A DNA stretch of 63,970 bases from Campylobacterales bacterium (GCA_027044945.1 JALUBK010000026.1:14481-78450); one strand, 5' to 3'; numbered from the stretch's first letter, positions 1-12,082 are shown. The notes: a model not told the origin generated them from the sequence alone. Made by a program: numbers and translations.

Positions 1-1104
<1,104 letters not shown>

Positions 1105-1809
1105 TTATTTTTTACTATTTTTTATTATTTCACAAAAATTTTCAACTTTTAAACTTGCACTTCCTACCAGCACACCATCACAATCTTTTATACCTGCAAT
1201 TTCTTTAATGTTTGAACTCTTAACACTGCCTCCATACAACAAAGGTGCTTCAATCTTAACTCTCAAACTTGATAAAATTTGCTCAATATCTTCTTTTTTG
1301 GCACTCGCACCCGTTCCAATAGCCCATATAGGCTCATATGCAACGATTAATTTGTCATAAGAAATATCAATGCCATCAAACTCACTCCAAAGATATTCCA
1401 TGGCACTTTCAAAACCCTCATCTCTTATCTCTTTAGATTCTCCAATACAATAAATTATTTTAAAATTATTTTTTTTAAAATAATTAAACTTTTGAGCAAT
1501 AAACTCTTGAGATTCTTTTAAAATTGTTCTTCTTTCGCTATGCCCTATCAAAATTGTTTTCAAATCAAATTCATTGATTTGTTCAAGTCCGATTTCACCA
1601 GTATAAGAACCATTTATCGCAGGATATGCATTTTGCACACCCATAAACATATTGGAAGGCAATTTAAAATTGCCCAAAGAAGTAGAAGTTGGAAACACAA
1701 AAATATCATCTTTTATATTTTCTTTTATGATAAAATCCTGTAATTTTTTCATATATTCCTTAGTAGAAACTCTTGTGTGATGAGTTTTAAAATTTGTTGC
1801 AAAAATCAT
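1105..1809 (-). CDS. tpiA: Triosephosphate isomerase
   Basis: IGHSERR and [11 protein letters not shown] motifs. It overlaps the pgk stop by 4 nt. Confidence 0.93.
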   Translation of the reverse strand: MIFATNFKTHHTRVSTKEYMKKLQDFIIKENIKDDIFVFPTSTSLGNFKLPSNMFMGVQNAYPAINGSYTGEIGLEQINEFDLKTILIGHSERRTILKESQEFIAQKFNYFKKNNFKIIYCIGESKEIRDEGFESAMEYLWSEFDGIDISYDKLIVAYEPIWAIGTGASAKKEDIEQILSSLRVKIEAPLLYGGSVKSSNIKEIAGIKDCDGVLVGSASLKVENFCEIIKNSKK

Positions 1810-3005
1810 ATTTTTTTTACCTCCAAAACTTCAATACCAGGAAGTTTTTTCCCTTCCATAAGCTCTAACGAAGCTCCTCCGCCAGTTGAAACAAAGCTCA
1901 TTTCATCAATATCTCCAGCTTTTTTGGTAACATCAGCAGTATCCCCTCCTCCTACAATAGTTATGGCATGTGATTCAGCTATATGATGACTCATCATGAT
2001 ACTTCCTTTAGAAAATTTATCCATTTCATATACACCCATAGGTCCGTTCCAAACAATAACTTGAGCATCATTAATAACTTCTCTAAAAAGCCTTGAACTA
2101 GCCGGTCCTATATCCAGCCCCATCCAATCTTTTGGAATTTCTTGAGAAGGAATATATTTTACGATAGCATGTTCACTCATTTGGGGAGCTACAACTAAAT
2201 CTATCGGCAAATAAAATTTTACATTATTTTCTAAAGCTTTTCTCATTATCTCTTTAGCTTCAACAATCAAATTTTCTTCAACAAGTGATTTTCCTGTCTC
2301 ATAACCTTGTGCTTTTAAAAAAGTAAAAGCCATTCCTCCACCAACTATAATTTTATCTACTTTATTAATAAGATTTAAAAGAGCTTGTAATTTTCCAGAA
2401 ACTTTACTTCCTCCAACAACAGCCACAAAAGGTTTATCTGGATGTTCTAAAATTTTACTAAAAAAATTAACCTCTTTGGCAAGTAAAAATCCAGCAGCTC
2501 TTCTATTTATAGGAAATTGCAAAGCTAAAGCATGAATAGATGCATGTTTCCTGTGACATGCACCAAAAGCATCATTTATATAAATATCAGCAAAATTGGC
2601 TAATTCTTTAGCAAAATTTTCATCATCTGTTGTTTCACCCGGATGAAATCTTAAATTTGCCAAAAGCAAAATATCTCCATTTCTCATTTGCTTAGCTTTT
2701 TCTTTTGCATCAGATCCAACAACATCTTTTGCTTTTAAGATATCTTTTTGCAATAATATATGAAGTCTTTTTGCAACAGGATCAAGAGAATATTTTTCTT
2801 CATACACTCCTGGGGTTGGTCTTTCAAAATGGCTTCCAAGAATTATTTTACAATCATGATCAATGCAATACATAATAGTAGGAAGTGCTTCTTTTATTCT
2901 TCTGTCATCAGTAATATTTCCAAATTCATCTTTAGGAACATTAAAATCACATCTTATAAAAACTCTTTTTTCATCTATTTGTAAATCTCGTATTGTTTGT
3001 AACAT
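1806..3005 (-). CDS. pgk: Phosphoglycerate kinase
   Basis: RCDFNVP and VGGGDTA motifs, 399 aa. Confidence 0.95.
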   Translation of the reverse strand: MLQTIRDLQIDEKRVFIRCDFNVPKDEFGNITDDRRIKEALPTIMYCIDHDCKIILGSHFERPTPGVYEEKYSLDPVAKRLHILLQKDILKAKDVVGSDAKEKAKQMRNGDILLLANLRFHPGETTDDENFAKELANFADIYINDAFGACHRKHASIHALALQFPINRRAAGFLLAKEVNFFSKILEHPDKPFVAVVGGSKVSGKLQALLNLINKVDKIIVGGGMAFTFLKAQGYETGKSLVEENLIVEAKEIMRKALENNVKFYLPIDLVVAPQMSEHAIVKYIPSQEIPKDWMGLDIGPASSRLFREVINDAQVIVWNGPMGVYEMDKFSKGSIMMSHHIAESHAITIVGGGDTADVTKKAGDIDEMSFVSTGGGASLELMEGKKLPGIEVLEVKKI

Positions 3006-3007
3006 TT

Positions 3008-4012
3008 TTACCCCTTTGAACTTACAAGCATGGCCATATCAACCAATCTTTCAGAATAACCCCACTCATTATCATACCATCCCATAACTTTTATCAAATT
3101 GCCATCTACTACTTGAAGCAAATCCAAAGGAATAACAGTGCTAATGCTTTCTCCATTAAAATCACTTGAAACCAATTTTTCATTATCAATGCCAATAAGA
3201 CCTTTAAATTCATTTTCACTTGCTTTAATAAATAATTTTTTTAAATCATTTAATTCGATTTCTTTTTTTACAATTACGCTCAAATCAATCATAGACACAT
3301 TTGGAGTCGGAACTCTAAGAGCCAAACCTTGAAGTTTTCCTTGAAGTTCAGGCAAAACAAGACCTATGGCTTTTGCTGCTCCGGTTGTAGTAGGAATAAT
3401 ATTGACAGCAGCCGCTCTGGATCTTCTTAAATCTTTTTTATGCTTAACATCTAGTAAATTTTGATCATTTGTATAAGAATGAATAGTGCTCATCAAACCT
3501 TTTTCTATTTCATAAGCATTATTTAAAAGTTTAACAATAGGAGCTAATGCATTTGTAGTGCAACTCGCATTTGAAACAATATTTTCTCCATTATATTTAT
3601 CGCTATTTACACCTATTACAAAAGTTGGGGTATCATCTTTTGCCGGAGCTGAAAAAACTACTTTTTTAACTCCTTGATTTATGTGTGCTATTGCTTGTTC
3701 TCTTGTAAGAAGCACACCCGTGCATTCTAAAACCACATCCGCACCATATTCTGCAAATTTTAAATTATTTGGATCTCTGTCAGAAAAAAACTTTACTTTT
3801 TGAGTTCCAATTTGCATATAATCATTTTCCAATATTTCTACACTCTCATCAAATCTTCCATGCACAGAATCATATTTTAAAAGATTTTTTGTCATTTCTC
3901 TTTTACTGGTATCATTTACCGCTACAAGTTCTGTCGTTTCTCTTTTTGTTATAATTCTTGCTGCACATCTGCCTATCCTCCCGAAGCCATTTATTGCAAC
4001 TTTTATAGCCAT
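3008..4012 (-). CDS. gapA: Glyceraldehyde-3-phosphate dehydrogenase
   Basis: [15 protein letters not shown] and SNASCTTN motifs. The ORF-track extension to 4318 is low-complexity and overlaps nadD, so I use the ATG at 4012. Confidence 0.92.
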   Translation of the reverse strand: MAIKVAINGFGRIGRCAARIITKRETTELVAVNDTSKREMTKNLLKYDSVHGRFDESVEILENDYMQIGTQKVKFFSDRDPNNLKFAEYGADVVLECTGVLLTREQAIAHINQGVKKVVFSAPAKDDTPTFVIGVNSDKYNGENIVSNASCTTNALAPIVKLLNNAYEIEKGLMSTIHSYTNDQNLLDVKHKKDLRRSRAAAVNIIPTTTGAAKAIGLVLPELQGKLQGLALRVPTPNVSMIDLSVIVKKEIELNDLKKLFIKASENEFKGLIGIDNEKLVSSDFNGESISTVIPLDLLQVVDGNLIKVMGWYDNEWGYSERLVDMAMLVSSKG

Positions 4013-4048
4013 ACTTTTCCTTTTATGAAAAAATTTTAAATATTTTAG

Positions 4049-4054
4049 TATAAT
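4049..4054 (+). promoter_or_regulatory. Candidate -10 box (TATAAT) for nadD
   Basis: TATAAT lies 22 nt upstream of the ATG at 4076, with an aaaagg RBS between them. Confidence 0.35.
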
Positions 4055-4075
4055 TTGGTTTAAAAAGGTATATAA

Positions 4076-4960
4076 ATGAATAAAAAAATGAATATTGCAC
4101 TTTTTGGGGGAAGTTTTGACCCTCCTCATATTGGTCATGAACAAATTGTAAAAAAAATAATAAACAAAATAAAAATAGATAAACTTTTTATTGTTCCAAC
4201 ATATATCAATCCTTTTAAAGAAAAGTTTTATGCTGAACAAAACATTAGATACAAATGGCTTAAAACAATATTTAAAAATTATAAAAAAGTATCTATTTTG
4301 GATTATGAAATAAAACAAAATAGAGCTGTTACAACCATAGAAACTGTAAAATATTTAAAAAAATTATATAATATAAATAATTTTTACCTTATTATCGGTG
4401 CGGATAATTTAAAAGATTTACACAAATGGAAAAATTTTAATCAATTAAATAAACTTGTAACTTTTATTGTAGCAACAAGAAATAATATAAAAGTGCCAAA
4501 AAACTTGATAAATTTAAAAATTTCAGCTAATATTAGTTCCACAAAACTAAGAGAAACTTTGGATAAAAGATATCTACCAACATCCGTCTCGGATGAAATT
4601 ATAAAGTATTACAAAAGGAAACAAATGAATAAAAGAATAGATTTTATAACATCTATTATTGATGAAAAAAAAGGCAAAAATATAAAAGTTTTTGATATGA
4701 GAGAGAAAGATTATTTTGTAGATACTGTAATTATTTCTACAACTTTAGGAGAAAGACATGGGGCTTCTTTGCTTGATGATTTAAAAAATGAAACGAAAAA
4801 AAATGGCGAGGAAATACTTGGTGTTGAGGAAAGCGGAGAATGGATAGTTCTTGATCTTGGAGATATTCTTATTCATCTTATGACACCAGAATACAGAGCA
4901 AAATACAATATAGAAGATTTTTTAAAAAATTACGAAAATAATAAGCAAACAGAAGAATAA
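4076..4960 (+). CDS. nadD: Nicotinate-nucleotide adenylyltransferase NadD continuous in frame with ribosome silencing factor RsfS
   Basis: The N-terminal part has GGSFDPPHIGH. From the internal ATG at 4625 (preceded by aaagga) the sequence is RsfS/iojap-like (WIVLDLGDILIHLM). No stop codon separates the two parts. Confidence 0.85.
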   Translation: MNKKMNIALFGGSFDPPHIGHEQIVKKIINKIKIDKLFIVPTYINPFKEKFYAEQNIRYKWLKTIFKNYKKVSILDYEIKQNRAVTTIETVKYLKKLYNINNFYLIIGADNLKDLHKWKNFNQLNKLVTFIVATRNNIKVPKNLINLKISANISSTKLRETLDKRYLPTSVSDEIIKYYKRKQMNKRIDFITSIIDEKKGKNIKVFDMREKDYFVDTVIISTTLGERHGASLLDDLKNETKKNGEEILGVEESGEWIVLDLGDILIHLMTPEYRAKYNIEDFLKNYENNKQTEE

Positions 4961-4970
4961 TCTTCTGTTT
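4947..4970. terminator. Bidirectional hairpin between the convergent rsfS and argS genes
   Basis: Stem aaacagaaga[ataa]tcttctgttt is 10 bp. The loop contains the rsfS TAA stop. Confidence 0.55.
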
Positions 4971-4975
4971 ATAAC

Positions 4976-6562
4976 TTACATTTTATTTTTTGCTGTGATA
5001 CCGATCAGTTTAAGCCCTGTTCTTATGCTGAGTGCAGCCGTAGCAAATATTTTCAGATAAATATCTTCTTTTTCACTTCCTACGACTCTATGTTCATTAT
5101 AAAATTTATGAACAAAAGAAGCTAAATTTTTTAAATATTCGGTCAATTTTTGCAAAGCTCTCTGAGAAAAAGCATCTTCTAAAATTTCAGGCAATAATAA
5201 AGAATAAAAAAGTATATTTTTTTCATCACTTTCAAGATTTAAAAGTTTTGTATTTATAATATCTTTTTCTGATTTTCCACTTTTTTCAAAAAGCTGATGA
5301 ACTCTAGCATGGGCATAATTGATATAATATATCGGATTTGAGCTATCATTTGCTTTAAACATATCTACATCAAACTCTAAATGTGTATCGCTTTTTTTTG
5401 TAAGAAAAATAAATCTTAAAGCATCGCTTCCTATATCATTAACAACATCACTCATGAGTATAAAATTACCGGCTCTTTTACTCATTTTATACGGTTCTCC
5501 ACCTTTTAAAAGAGAAACCATTTGTGAAAGAATCACTTCAAGCTTATTTTCATCATATCCCAAAAATTTTATAGCAGCTTTCACTCTTGCGATATAACCG
5601 TGATGATCCGCTCCCCAAATATTGATATATTTATCATATTCTCTTTCAAATTTATCATTATGATAAATTATATCTCCAGCTAAATATGTAGGTCTTCCAT
5701 CATCCCTAATAATAACTCTATTTTTCTCATCTCCATATTTTTCCGAATCAAGCCACCATTTACCATCTTTTTCATAAACTGCTTGATTTGCTTTTAGTTT
5801 ATCAAATACTTCATCCCATTTATCATACAATTTTTTTTCGCTAACAAAATTATCAAATTCTATTCCACACTCTTTTAAATTGGATTTGATAAGATTTAGC
5901 ATTTTGTCTTTTGCCCAATAAGAAAGTTTTGATATATTTTTTTTATCTTTAAAAATTTCTATCCCAAACTTTTCTTTTGCTTCAAAAGCCAAGTCATTGA
6001 TATAATCTCCCTTATAATACTCTTTTGGCCATTCAACAGCAATATTTAAAAAATTATTTTGTCCGTTTAAAAAAATAGAAACTCCAAGCATTTCTATTTG
6101 ACTTCCTGCATCATTCACATAATATTCGCTTGTAATTTTATAACCCAAATGTTTAGCAATTCTATAAAGAGTATCGCCCAAAACAGCACCTCTTGCATGT
6201 CCTATATGAAGAGGTCCTGTTGGATTGGCACTAACATACTCTAAAAGAATTTTTTCATTTTTGTCATCCTTTGCAAAATTAGTTTCATTTTTTAAAGCCC
6301 AAGTGGTATATTCATCCAAAAAATCATCACTTAATGTAAAATTTATATAACCTTTTATGGCATCTACACCACAAAAAATTGATTCATTTTGTAGTGTTTT
6401 ACTTAATTCATTAGCTATCAAAATAGGTGATTTTCTATACTCTTTTGCCAATGAAAAAGATATAGGGGTTGAAAAATGTCCAAAATTCAAATCCTTTGGC
6501 TTTTCTAAAACAATATCTTTATCAATATGTTTTTTTAATACAGATAAAACTTTTTTTTTCAA
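4976..6562 (-). CDS. argS: Arginyl-tRNA synthetase
   Basis: PTGPLHIGH and KMSKR class I motifs, 528 aa. Confidence 0.95.
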   Translation of the reverse strand: MKKKVLSVLKKHIDKDIVLEKPKDLNFGHFSTPISFSLAKEYRKSPILIANELSKTLQNESIFCGVDAIKGYINFTLSDDFLDEYTTWALKNETNFAKDDKNEKILLEYVSANPTGPLHIGHARGAVLGDTLYRIAKHLGYKITSEYYVNDAGSQIEMLGVSIFLNGQNNFLNIAVEWPKEYYKGDYINDLAFEAKEKFGIEIFKDKKNISKLSYWAKDKMLNLIKSNLKECGIEFDNFVSEKKLYDKWDEVFDKLKANQAVYEKDGKWWLDSEKYGDEKNRVIIRDDGRPTYLAGDIIYHNDKFEREYDKYINIWGADHHGYIARVKAAIKFLGYDENKLEVILSQMVSLLKGGEPYKMSKRAGNFILMSDVVNDIGSDALRFIFLTKKSDTHLEFDVDMFKANDSSNPIYYINYAHARVHQLFEKSGKSEKDIINTKLLNLESDEKNILFYSLLLPEILEDAFSQRALQKLTEYLKNLASFVHKFYNEHRVVGSEKEDIYLKIFATAALSIRTGLKLIGITAKNKM

Positions 6563-6570
6563 ATTTTAAC

Positions 6571-6801
6571 CTATGCTTTTGTTGATTCTTGAGATTTTAT
6601 AGTTTCTGAAGTTTTTTCTTTGCCCTCTAATTTTTCTTTTGTAGATACAGAATTATCTACTTCATCATCTTCTCTTATTGCTTTTTTAAAATCTTTTATT
6701 CCTTTTCCTAAGCCAGTTGCCAAATCAGGAATTTTTTTAGCTCCAAAAAGTATAACGACAATAGCTAAAACAATTAATAATTCATTTGTTCCGATACCCA
6801 T
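6571..6801 (-). CDS. tatA: Twin-arginine translocase subunit TatA/E
   Basis: Short N-terminal TM helix followed by [10 protein letters not shown]. Confidence 0.88.
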   Translation of the reverse strand: MGIGTNELLIVLAIVVILFGAKKIPDLATGLGKGIKDFKKAIREDDEVDNSVSTKEKLEGKEKTSETIKSQESTKA

Positions 6802-6828
6802 AATATTCTCCTAAAAAAAATTTTTATA

Positions 6829-7440
6829 TTATACCCATTTTTTTATAAAATTATCTATATTTATAGAAAATGTTTTTACTTTTGATGATATCGCAATACT
6901 CAAAAGTTGTTTTTTTGCTAATTCAAAATCATCATTAACAATAAAATAATCATATTCTTTTGCTTTTTGTAACTCTTTTTTTGCATTTTCAACTCTTTTT
7001 TCTATTTCGCTTAAAGAATCTGTGTCTCTTTTTAATAATCTTGTTTTTAAAACTTTTATTGAAGGAGTTGTAATAAACACAGAAGTAATTAAATTTCCAA
7101 ATTTTTCTTTTGCTTGAAAATATCCTTGAACATCTATATCAAACAAAACGATTTTATTTTTTTTTAGTGCATCTATTGTGTATTTAAGTGATGTTCCATA
7201 ATAATGACCATGCACTAATGCCCACTCTAAAAACATCCCTTTTTCAATATCTTTTTTAAACTCATCTTTTGAAACAAAATGATAGTCAACCCCATCAATT
7301 TCTTCTTTTCTTTTTTTTCTTGTTGTTACAGAAACAGAAAAGTATAAATTATCAATCTTTTTATTAAGTTCATTTATCAAAGAACTTTTTCCTGCTCCAC
7401 TAGGACCGGATAAAATTAAAATAGTGCCATAAATATTCAA
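6829..7440 (-). CDS. gmk: Guanylate kinase
   Basis: GPSGAGKSS P-loop, 203 aa. Confidence 0.93.
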   Translation of the reverse strand: MNIYGTILILSGPSGAGKSSLINELNKKIDNLYFSVSVTTRKKRKEEIDGVDYHFVSKDEFKKDIEKGMFLEWALVHGHYYGTSLKYTIDALKKNKIVLFDIDVQGYFQAKEKFGNLITSVFITTPSIKVLKTRLLKRDTDSLSEIEKRVENAKKELQKAKEYDYFIVNDDFELAKKQLLSIAISSKVKTFSINIDNFIKKWV

Positions 7441-7451
7441 AGCTTAAACCT

Positions 7452-8543
7452 TTATTTTTTTTTATAAAATTTTATTCTTATCTCCATCCCATCAAGAACA
7501 TCTTTTAATGTATCTATATCCAATAATTTATTTACTATCTCTTCTTTGATTTGTGAATTATTAATTTTTTTCTCTTTTTTGTTCTTTTTGCTTTTTTTGT
7601 TCTTTTTGCTTTTTTTTATCTCTTCTATATTTTCTATATACATGTTGTCCTCATCTTCGTTGTTGTTGTTTGTTCTTTCTATCTTATTATTTTCAAAATC
7701 ATCATTTTTATTTTTTTCTTCGAATAATTCTAACATACTTTCTTCATCCAAATTTTCAAAATCATCATTTTTATCTGATTCTTCTTTAGGTTTTTCAATT
7801 TCTTGAATATCTTCATCTTCAATCAACTCTTCTTCGTCGTTTTCGTTTTTTTCATCTTCAATCAAATTATCTTGAACTTCGTTTTCGTCGTTTTCGTTTA
7901 TTTCTTTTTCATCATCTTCATCTAATTTTTCTTGAATATCTTCATCTTCAATCAACTCATCTTCGTCGTCTTCATTTTTTTCATCTTCTTCATCTTCTAA
8001 TAATCCTTTTACTTCATCAATATCTTCTTTATCTAACACTCCCTTTTCATCATCATTTTTCAAATTATCCAAACCTTCTTTATTTTCATTATTATTTAAT
8101 TCTTTATCTTTGTTTGATGTTTCATCTTCCAATTGAAGCTCCTCTAGTGAAAAATCTTCTTCTTTTAAATCATCATCAAAATTTATTTCTTCTGGCAATT
8201 CTTCAGATGCTATTATTTCTTCATTTGCTTTTTTCAATGAACTTATATTTTCAACTATCTCTTTAAAATCATTTGGTAAAAATGGTTTTAAAAGCATATA
8301 TTTATATTCTTCAGGCTTTTCTGTTCCCTTCGAGCCTATCAGCACCAATTCATCACATTTTATTTTATTTTTTATATCTTCAAGATCAATATCCAACCCA
8401 TCATCAATAAAAACTATATCATAATTTTTATCGTTAAGCTCCTCTATATTTTTTATTTCATCTAAAAAATAATCATACTTTTTTGCTGTTAAATTCATAA
8501 GCTTAGAAACAGAAGAATTATCATTAATTAATAATATTTGCAT
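7452..8543 (-). CDS. Highly acidic protein with an N-terminal receiver-like domain
   Basis: The first ~100 aa look CheY-like (ILLINDN, DIVFIDD, LLKPF). These are followed by ~200 aa rich in D/E/N/K and a KKSKKNKKSKKNKK tract. The position between gmk and fliR matches the C. jejuni acidic protein as I recall it. Confidence 0.7.
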   Translation of the reverse strand: MQILLINDNSSVSKLMNLTAKKYDYFLDEIKNIEELNDKNYDIVFIDDGLDIDLEDIKNKIKCDELVLIGSKGTEKPEEYKYMLLKPFLPNDFKEIVENISSLKKANEEIIASEELPEEINFDDDLKEEDFSLEELQLEDETSNKDKELNNNENKEGLDNLKNDDEKGVLDKEDIDEVKGLLEDEEDEKNEDDEDELIEDEDIQEKLDEDDEKEINENDENEVQDNLIEDEKNENDEEELIEDEDIQEIEKPKEESDKNDDFENLDEESMLELFEEKNKNDDFENNKIERTNNNNEDEDNMYIENIEEIKKSKKNKKSKKNKKEKKINNSQIKEEIVNKLLDIDTLKDVLDGMEIRIKFYKKK

Positions 8544-8629
8544 AATTAAACTCCAAAAATATATTTTTCTTTATTGTATAATAATATATTTTCAATGTAG
8601 ATTAATTTTGTTTTATTTTAGTCAAATTT

Positions 8630-9394
8630 TTAAAATGCTTTCATGAGATACGACATGGCTTTTAAAAATTCATTTTGAAAAATATACATACTTGAAGACA
8701 AAACAGCTATTAAAACAACAAAAGAAAGTGCAATTTTTATAGGAAAGCCTACAACTAAAAGATTAAACTGTGGCATAGTTTTCATAAGCATTCCAAAAAT
8801 AATATCACTTAATAAAGATATAGCAATAACAGGAAAAGATATAACAAAACCTAAAACAAACATTTTGCCAATAGCATAACTTATATATTTCCAAACAGAT
8901 ATATCAGGATAAAAATTGCCTAAAGGTATTTTACCTATTGTATTATTTAAAAAAATAAGTATAAGATAATGACCATTTGTCGCAAGCATAATCAATACCG
9001 CCAAAAGCATTAAAAATCTACCTATGATAGGTGAATTAATTCCCGTCATCGGATCAATAGCACTTGACATAGAAAAGCCCATTATGAATGATATTTGTTC
9101 TCCTGCCAATCCCAAAGCTGCAAAAACAATTTGCAATATAATTCCCGCAATCAAACCAAACAAAAATTCACTCATAACCGCTAAAAACAAACTTACTGCA
9201 TCAAAACTATGTAAATTCAATACCGCATGAGGAAAAAGAAAAAAAGTTATAAACATGGCAAATGAAGCTTTTACAGAAACAGGAATGGTTCCGTATGAAA
9301 AAAAAGGGAAAAAAATCATCATGGAACTTACTCTTGAAAATAAAAGCATAAATAAAATTGCATTATTTCCAGAAATTAAATTGAAAAAACTCAT
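8630..9394 (-). CDS. fliR: Flagellar export apparatus protein FliR
   Basis: Polytopic membrane protein of 254 aa in the position expected from synteny. Confidence 0.8.
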   Translation of the reverse strand: MSFFNLISGNNAILFMLLFSRVSSMMIFFPFFSYGTIPVSVKASFAMFITFFLFPHAVLNLHSFDAVSLFLAVMSEFLFGLIAGIILQIVFAALGLAGEQISFIMGFSMSSAIDPMTGINSPIIGRFLMLLAVLIMLATNGHYLILIFLNNTIGKIPLGNFYPDISVWKYISYAIGKMFVLGFVISFPVIAISLLSDIIFGMLMKTMPQFNLLVVGFPIKIALSFVVLIAVLSSSMYIFQNEFLKAMSYLMKAF

Positions 9395-10108
9395 TTATTT
9401 CTCCCTGATTAACTTTGCCTCTTTTAATCTATAAATTTTATCGCATTTTTCTGCCAAATCTTTATCGTGTGTCACTAAAAACAGTGCAGCATTTTTCAAA
9501 TCAATGTATTTAAAAACAGATTCTATAACATCTTTAGCTGTTTTGTTATCAAGATTTCCAGTCGGTTCATCAGCAAAAATTATTTTTGGTTTTTTAGTCA
9601 ACACTCTCGCAAGAGAAACTCTTTGTTGTTGTCCACCAGATAGTTGAGTTACTTTTTTATTTAAAACATTTTCAATATTAAATATTTTTAAAAGATTTTT
9701 ATCTATTGGTCGTTTTGTTAAGATAGAAGACAATTCTATATTTTCATAGACACTAAAACCATTAAACAAATAATGAGATTGGAAAATGATACCAATTTCT
9801 TCTCTTCTTAATTTTAATTTTTCATCATCTTTTAAATTATAAATATTTTTATTTTTTATATAAACTCGACCTTTGTTTGGTTTTAAAAGAGTAGAAAGTA
9901 TATGTAAGAGACTAGATTTTCCACTACCACTTACACCCAATATCGCAATACTTTCTTTTGGTTTTAAGCTAAGAGAAACATTATTAAAAAGAGGATAATC
10001 AAAAGAATGTGAAATATCTTCACATTTAAGAAGATATTCGCTGTTTTTGTTTTGTTGTGAGCCATTTACAGAGCCTTTCCATTCTCTATTCATGTTTTTG
10101 TTGCTCAC
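9395..10108 (-). CDS. ABC transporter ATP-binding protein (LolD/FtsE-like)
   Basis: Walker A GVSGSGKSS, signature LSGGQQQRV, Walker B IIFADEPT. Confidence 0.85.
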   Translation of the reverse strand: MSNKNMNREWKGSVNGSQQNKNSEYLLKCEDISHSFDYPLFNNVSLSLKPKESIAILGVSGSGKSSLLHILSTLLKPNKGRVYIKNKNIYNLKDDEKLKLRREEIGIIFQSHYLFNGFSVYENIELSSILTKRPIDKNLLKIFNIENVLNKKVTQLSGGQQQRVSLARVLTKKPKIIFADEPTGNLDNKTAKDVIESVFKYIDLKNAALFLVTHDKDLAEKCDKIYRLKEAKLIREK

Positions 10109-10129
10109 AACTTATAATTATACTATATT

Positions 10130-11197
10130 TTACTTTAATTGTTCAGCAACTTCTGTAGCGAAATCACAACCTTTTTTTTCTAATCCTTCTCCAAGCTCAA
10201 ATCTAACATATTTAACTATCTCGATTTTACCGCCAAATTCTTTACTTTTTTCTTCCAAAACTTGTTCTACAGTTTTTTTATCATCCATCACATAAAATTG
10301 ACTAAGCAATGTTAATTCTTGATCCAATAAAGTATTATCAGCAATAAATCTTTCCATTTGACCAGGAATAATTCTATCCCAAATTTTTTCAGGCTTACCT
10401 TGTGCTTTTAAATTTTCTTCAATCTGTTTTTTTGCATTAGCTAAAACTTCATCTGTTAACTGAAGTTTGCTAGCATATTGCGGAACATGTTTTAAAGTTT
10501 TGCCAAGTCTTGCAAGTTCTATATTCTCTTTTTCAATTGTTGCTTTTAAAGCTTCTGTTTCTTTAGCTACAAATTCAGGGTCCAATTCTTTAAAACTAAT
10601 ATATTTAGGTCCCATCGCAGCAGCATGCATAGATATATTTTTAAGCAAAGAAACTGCTTTTTTGGCCACCTCTTCATTTTCACAAGCGACACCTAGTATA
10701 ACCCCTACTCTTCCATTTGAATGAGCATATCCGTTAACTACTCCATTATTATCTGCTTTAATAGTGGCTATTCTTCTTACTACAAGATTTTCCCCGATCG
10801 TCGCAATTTGAGTATTAAAAAAGTCTTCAAAAACTACACCATCAATATCTTGATTTTTTAATTCATCAACATTAGCAACATCTTTTTCTTGAACAAAATT
10901 TGTTATTTTTGAAGTCAAATCAATAAAATTTTTATTTTTAGCAACAAAATCAGTTTCAGAATTGATTTCAGTCATGGTAGCTGTTTTAAAATCATCGCTT
11001 ATTTTTACACTAACCAAACCTTCACTTGCCAATCTATCTGATTTTTTAGCAGCTTTTCCAAGACCTTTTTCTCTTAATAAAGCCATTGCTTTTTCTTTAT
11101 CACCATCTGTGGAAACAAGAGCTTTTTTACAATCCATCATACCTGCTCCACTCATTTGTCTTAATTCTTTTACTAATGCTGCACTAATTGCTGCCAT
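10130..11197 (-). CDS. tsf: Elongation factor Ts
   Basis: AGMMDCKKAL N-terminal motif, 355 aa, downstream of rpsB. Confidence 0.94.
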   Translation of the reverse strand: MAAISAALVKELRQMSGAGMMDCKKALVSTDGDKEKAMALLREKGLGKAAKKSDRLASEGLVSVKISDDFKTATMTEINSETDFVAKNKNFIDLTSKITNFVQEKDVANVDELKNQDIDGVVFEDFFNTQIATIGENLVVRRIATIKADNNGVVNGYAHSNGRVGVILGVACENEEVAKKAVSLLKNISMHAAAMGPKYISFKELDPEFVAKETEALKATIEKENIELARLGKTLKHVPQYASKLQLTDEVLANAKKQIEENLKAQGKPEKIWDRIIPGQMERFIADNTLLDQELTLLSQFYVMDDKKTVEQVLEEKSKEFGGKIEIVKYVRFELGEGLEKKGCDFATEVAEQLK

Positions 11198-11997
11198 TAT
11201 TCATTCTCCTCTTTTTTAACTTCTTCAATATCTTTATTTTCTTCTTTGACTGTTTCAGTTATTTCTTCTTGAGTTTTTTCAATTTTATTATTTTCTTCTT
11301 GCTCTGCTTGATCTTGAGCTAAAATTTCTTTTCCTTCTATAATAGCTTCACACATTTCTTTGCAAAAAAGTTGAATACTTCTAATAGCATCATCATTTCC
11401 AGGAATTGGAAAATCAATAACATCAGGATCACAATTTGTATCAATAGGAGCAATTACAGGAATGCCAAGTTTATTTGCTTCTCCAACAGCAATTTTTTCT
11501 TTTACTGTATCAATAACAAATATCATGTCAGGAGTTTTTTTAATATCTTTAATACCACCAAGATAATTCATTAATTTTTCTTTTTTTCTTCTAAGAACTA
11601 AAGCTTCTTTTTTTGTAAGAAGATCAAGTTGCCCCTCTTCTTCCATTTTTTGTATAACTTCAAGCTTTCTTATTGATTGTTTAATAGTCTCAAAGTTTGT
11701 AAGCATACCACCAAGCCATCTGTGATCTACAAAAGGCATACCACATTTTTGAGCAAATTCTCTAATAGAAGCATTAGCTTGTTTTTTTGTTCCTACAAAA
11801 AGAATAGTTTTTCCTTCTGCTGCTGCATCTCTGACTATATTATAAGTATATCTAAAATATCTCAAAGTTTTTTGTAAATCAATAATATATATATTTTTTC
11901 TTTCTCCAAAAATATATTTTTTCATTTTTGGATTCCATCTTCTAGTTTGATGTCCAAAATGAACGCCACATTCCAATAGGTCCTTCATAGTAACCAT
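11197..11997 (-). CDS. rpsB: 30S ribosomal protein S2
   Basis: [15 protein letters not shown] motif and an acidic C-terminal tail. Confidence 0.95.
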   Translation of the reverse strand: MVTMKDLLECGVHFGHQTRRWNPKMKKYIFGERKNIYIIDLQKTLRYFRYTYNIVRDAAAEGKTILFVGTKKQANASIREFAQKCGMPFVDHRWLGGMLTNFETIKQSIRKLEVIQKMEEEGQLDLLTKKEALVLRRKKEKLMNYLGGIKDIKKTPDMIFVIDTVKEKIAVGEANKLGIPVIAPIDTNCDPDVIDFPIPGNDDAIRSIQLFCKEMCEAIIEGKEILAQDQAEQEENNKIEKTQEEITETVKEENKDIEEVKKEENE

Positions 11998-12028
11998 TTC
12001 ATCTCCTTCAAAATTTTGGTTTTATCCT

Positions 12029-12082
12029 CCACACCCATCAACGCTTTAAAAAACGCAACCTTTAAGGATTGGTGTGTGAGAT
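12029..12082 (-). promoter_or_regulatory. Candidate structured 5' leader of rpsB
   Basis: Arms ctccacacccatc (12029-12041) and gattggtgtgtgag (12069-12082) can pair. A minus-strand TATAAT lies at 12096-12101, which implies a ~90-nt leader. Confidence 0.3.

Noticed and set aside
4013-4318. A 102-aa N-terminal extension of the gapA ORF in the six-frame track.
   Set aside because: The extension is low-complexity, lies antisense to the nadD coding region, and precedes the canonical [15 protein letters not shown] start at 4012.
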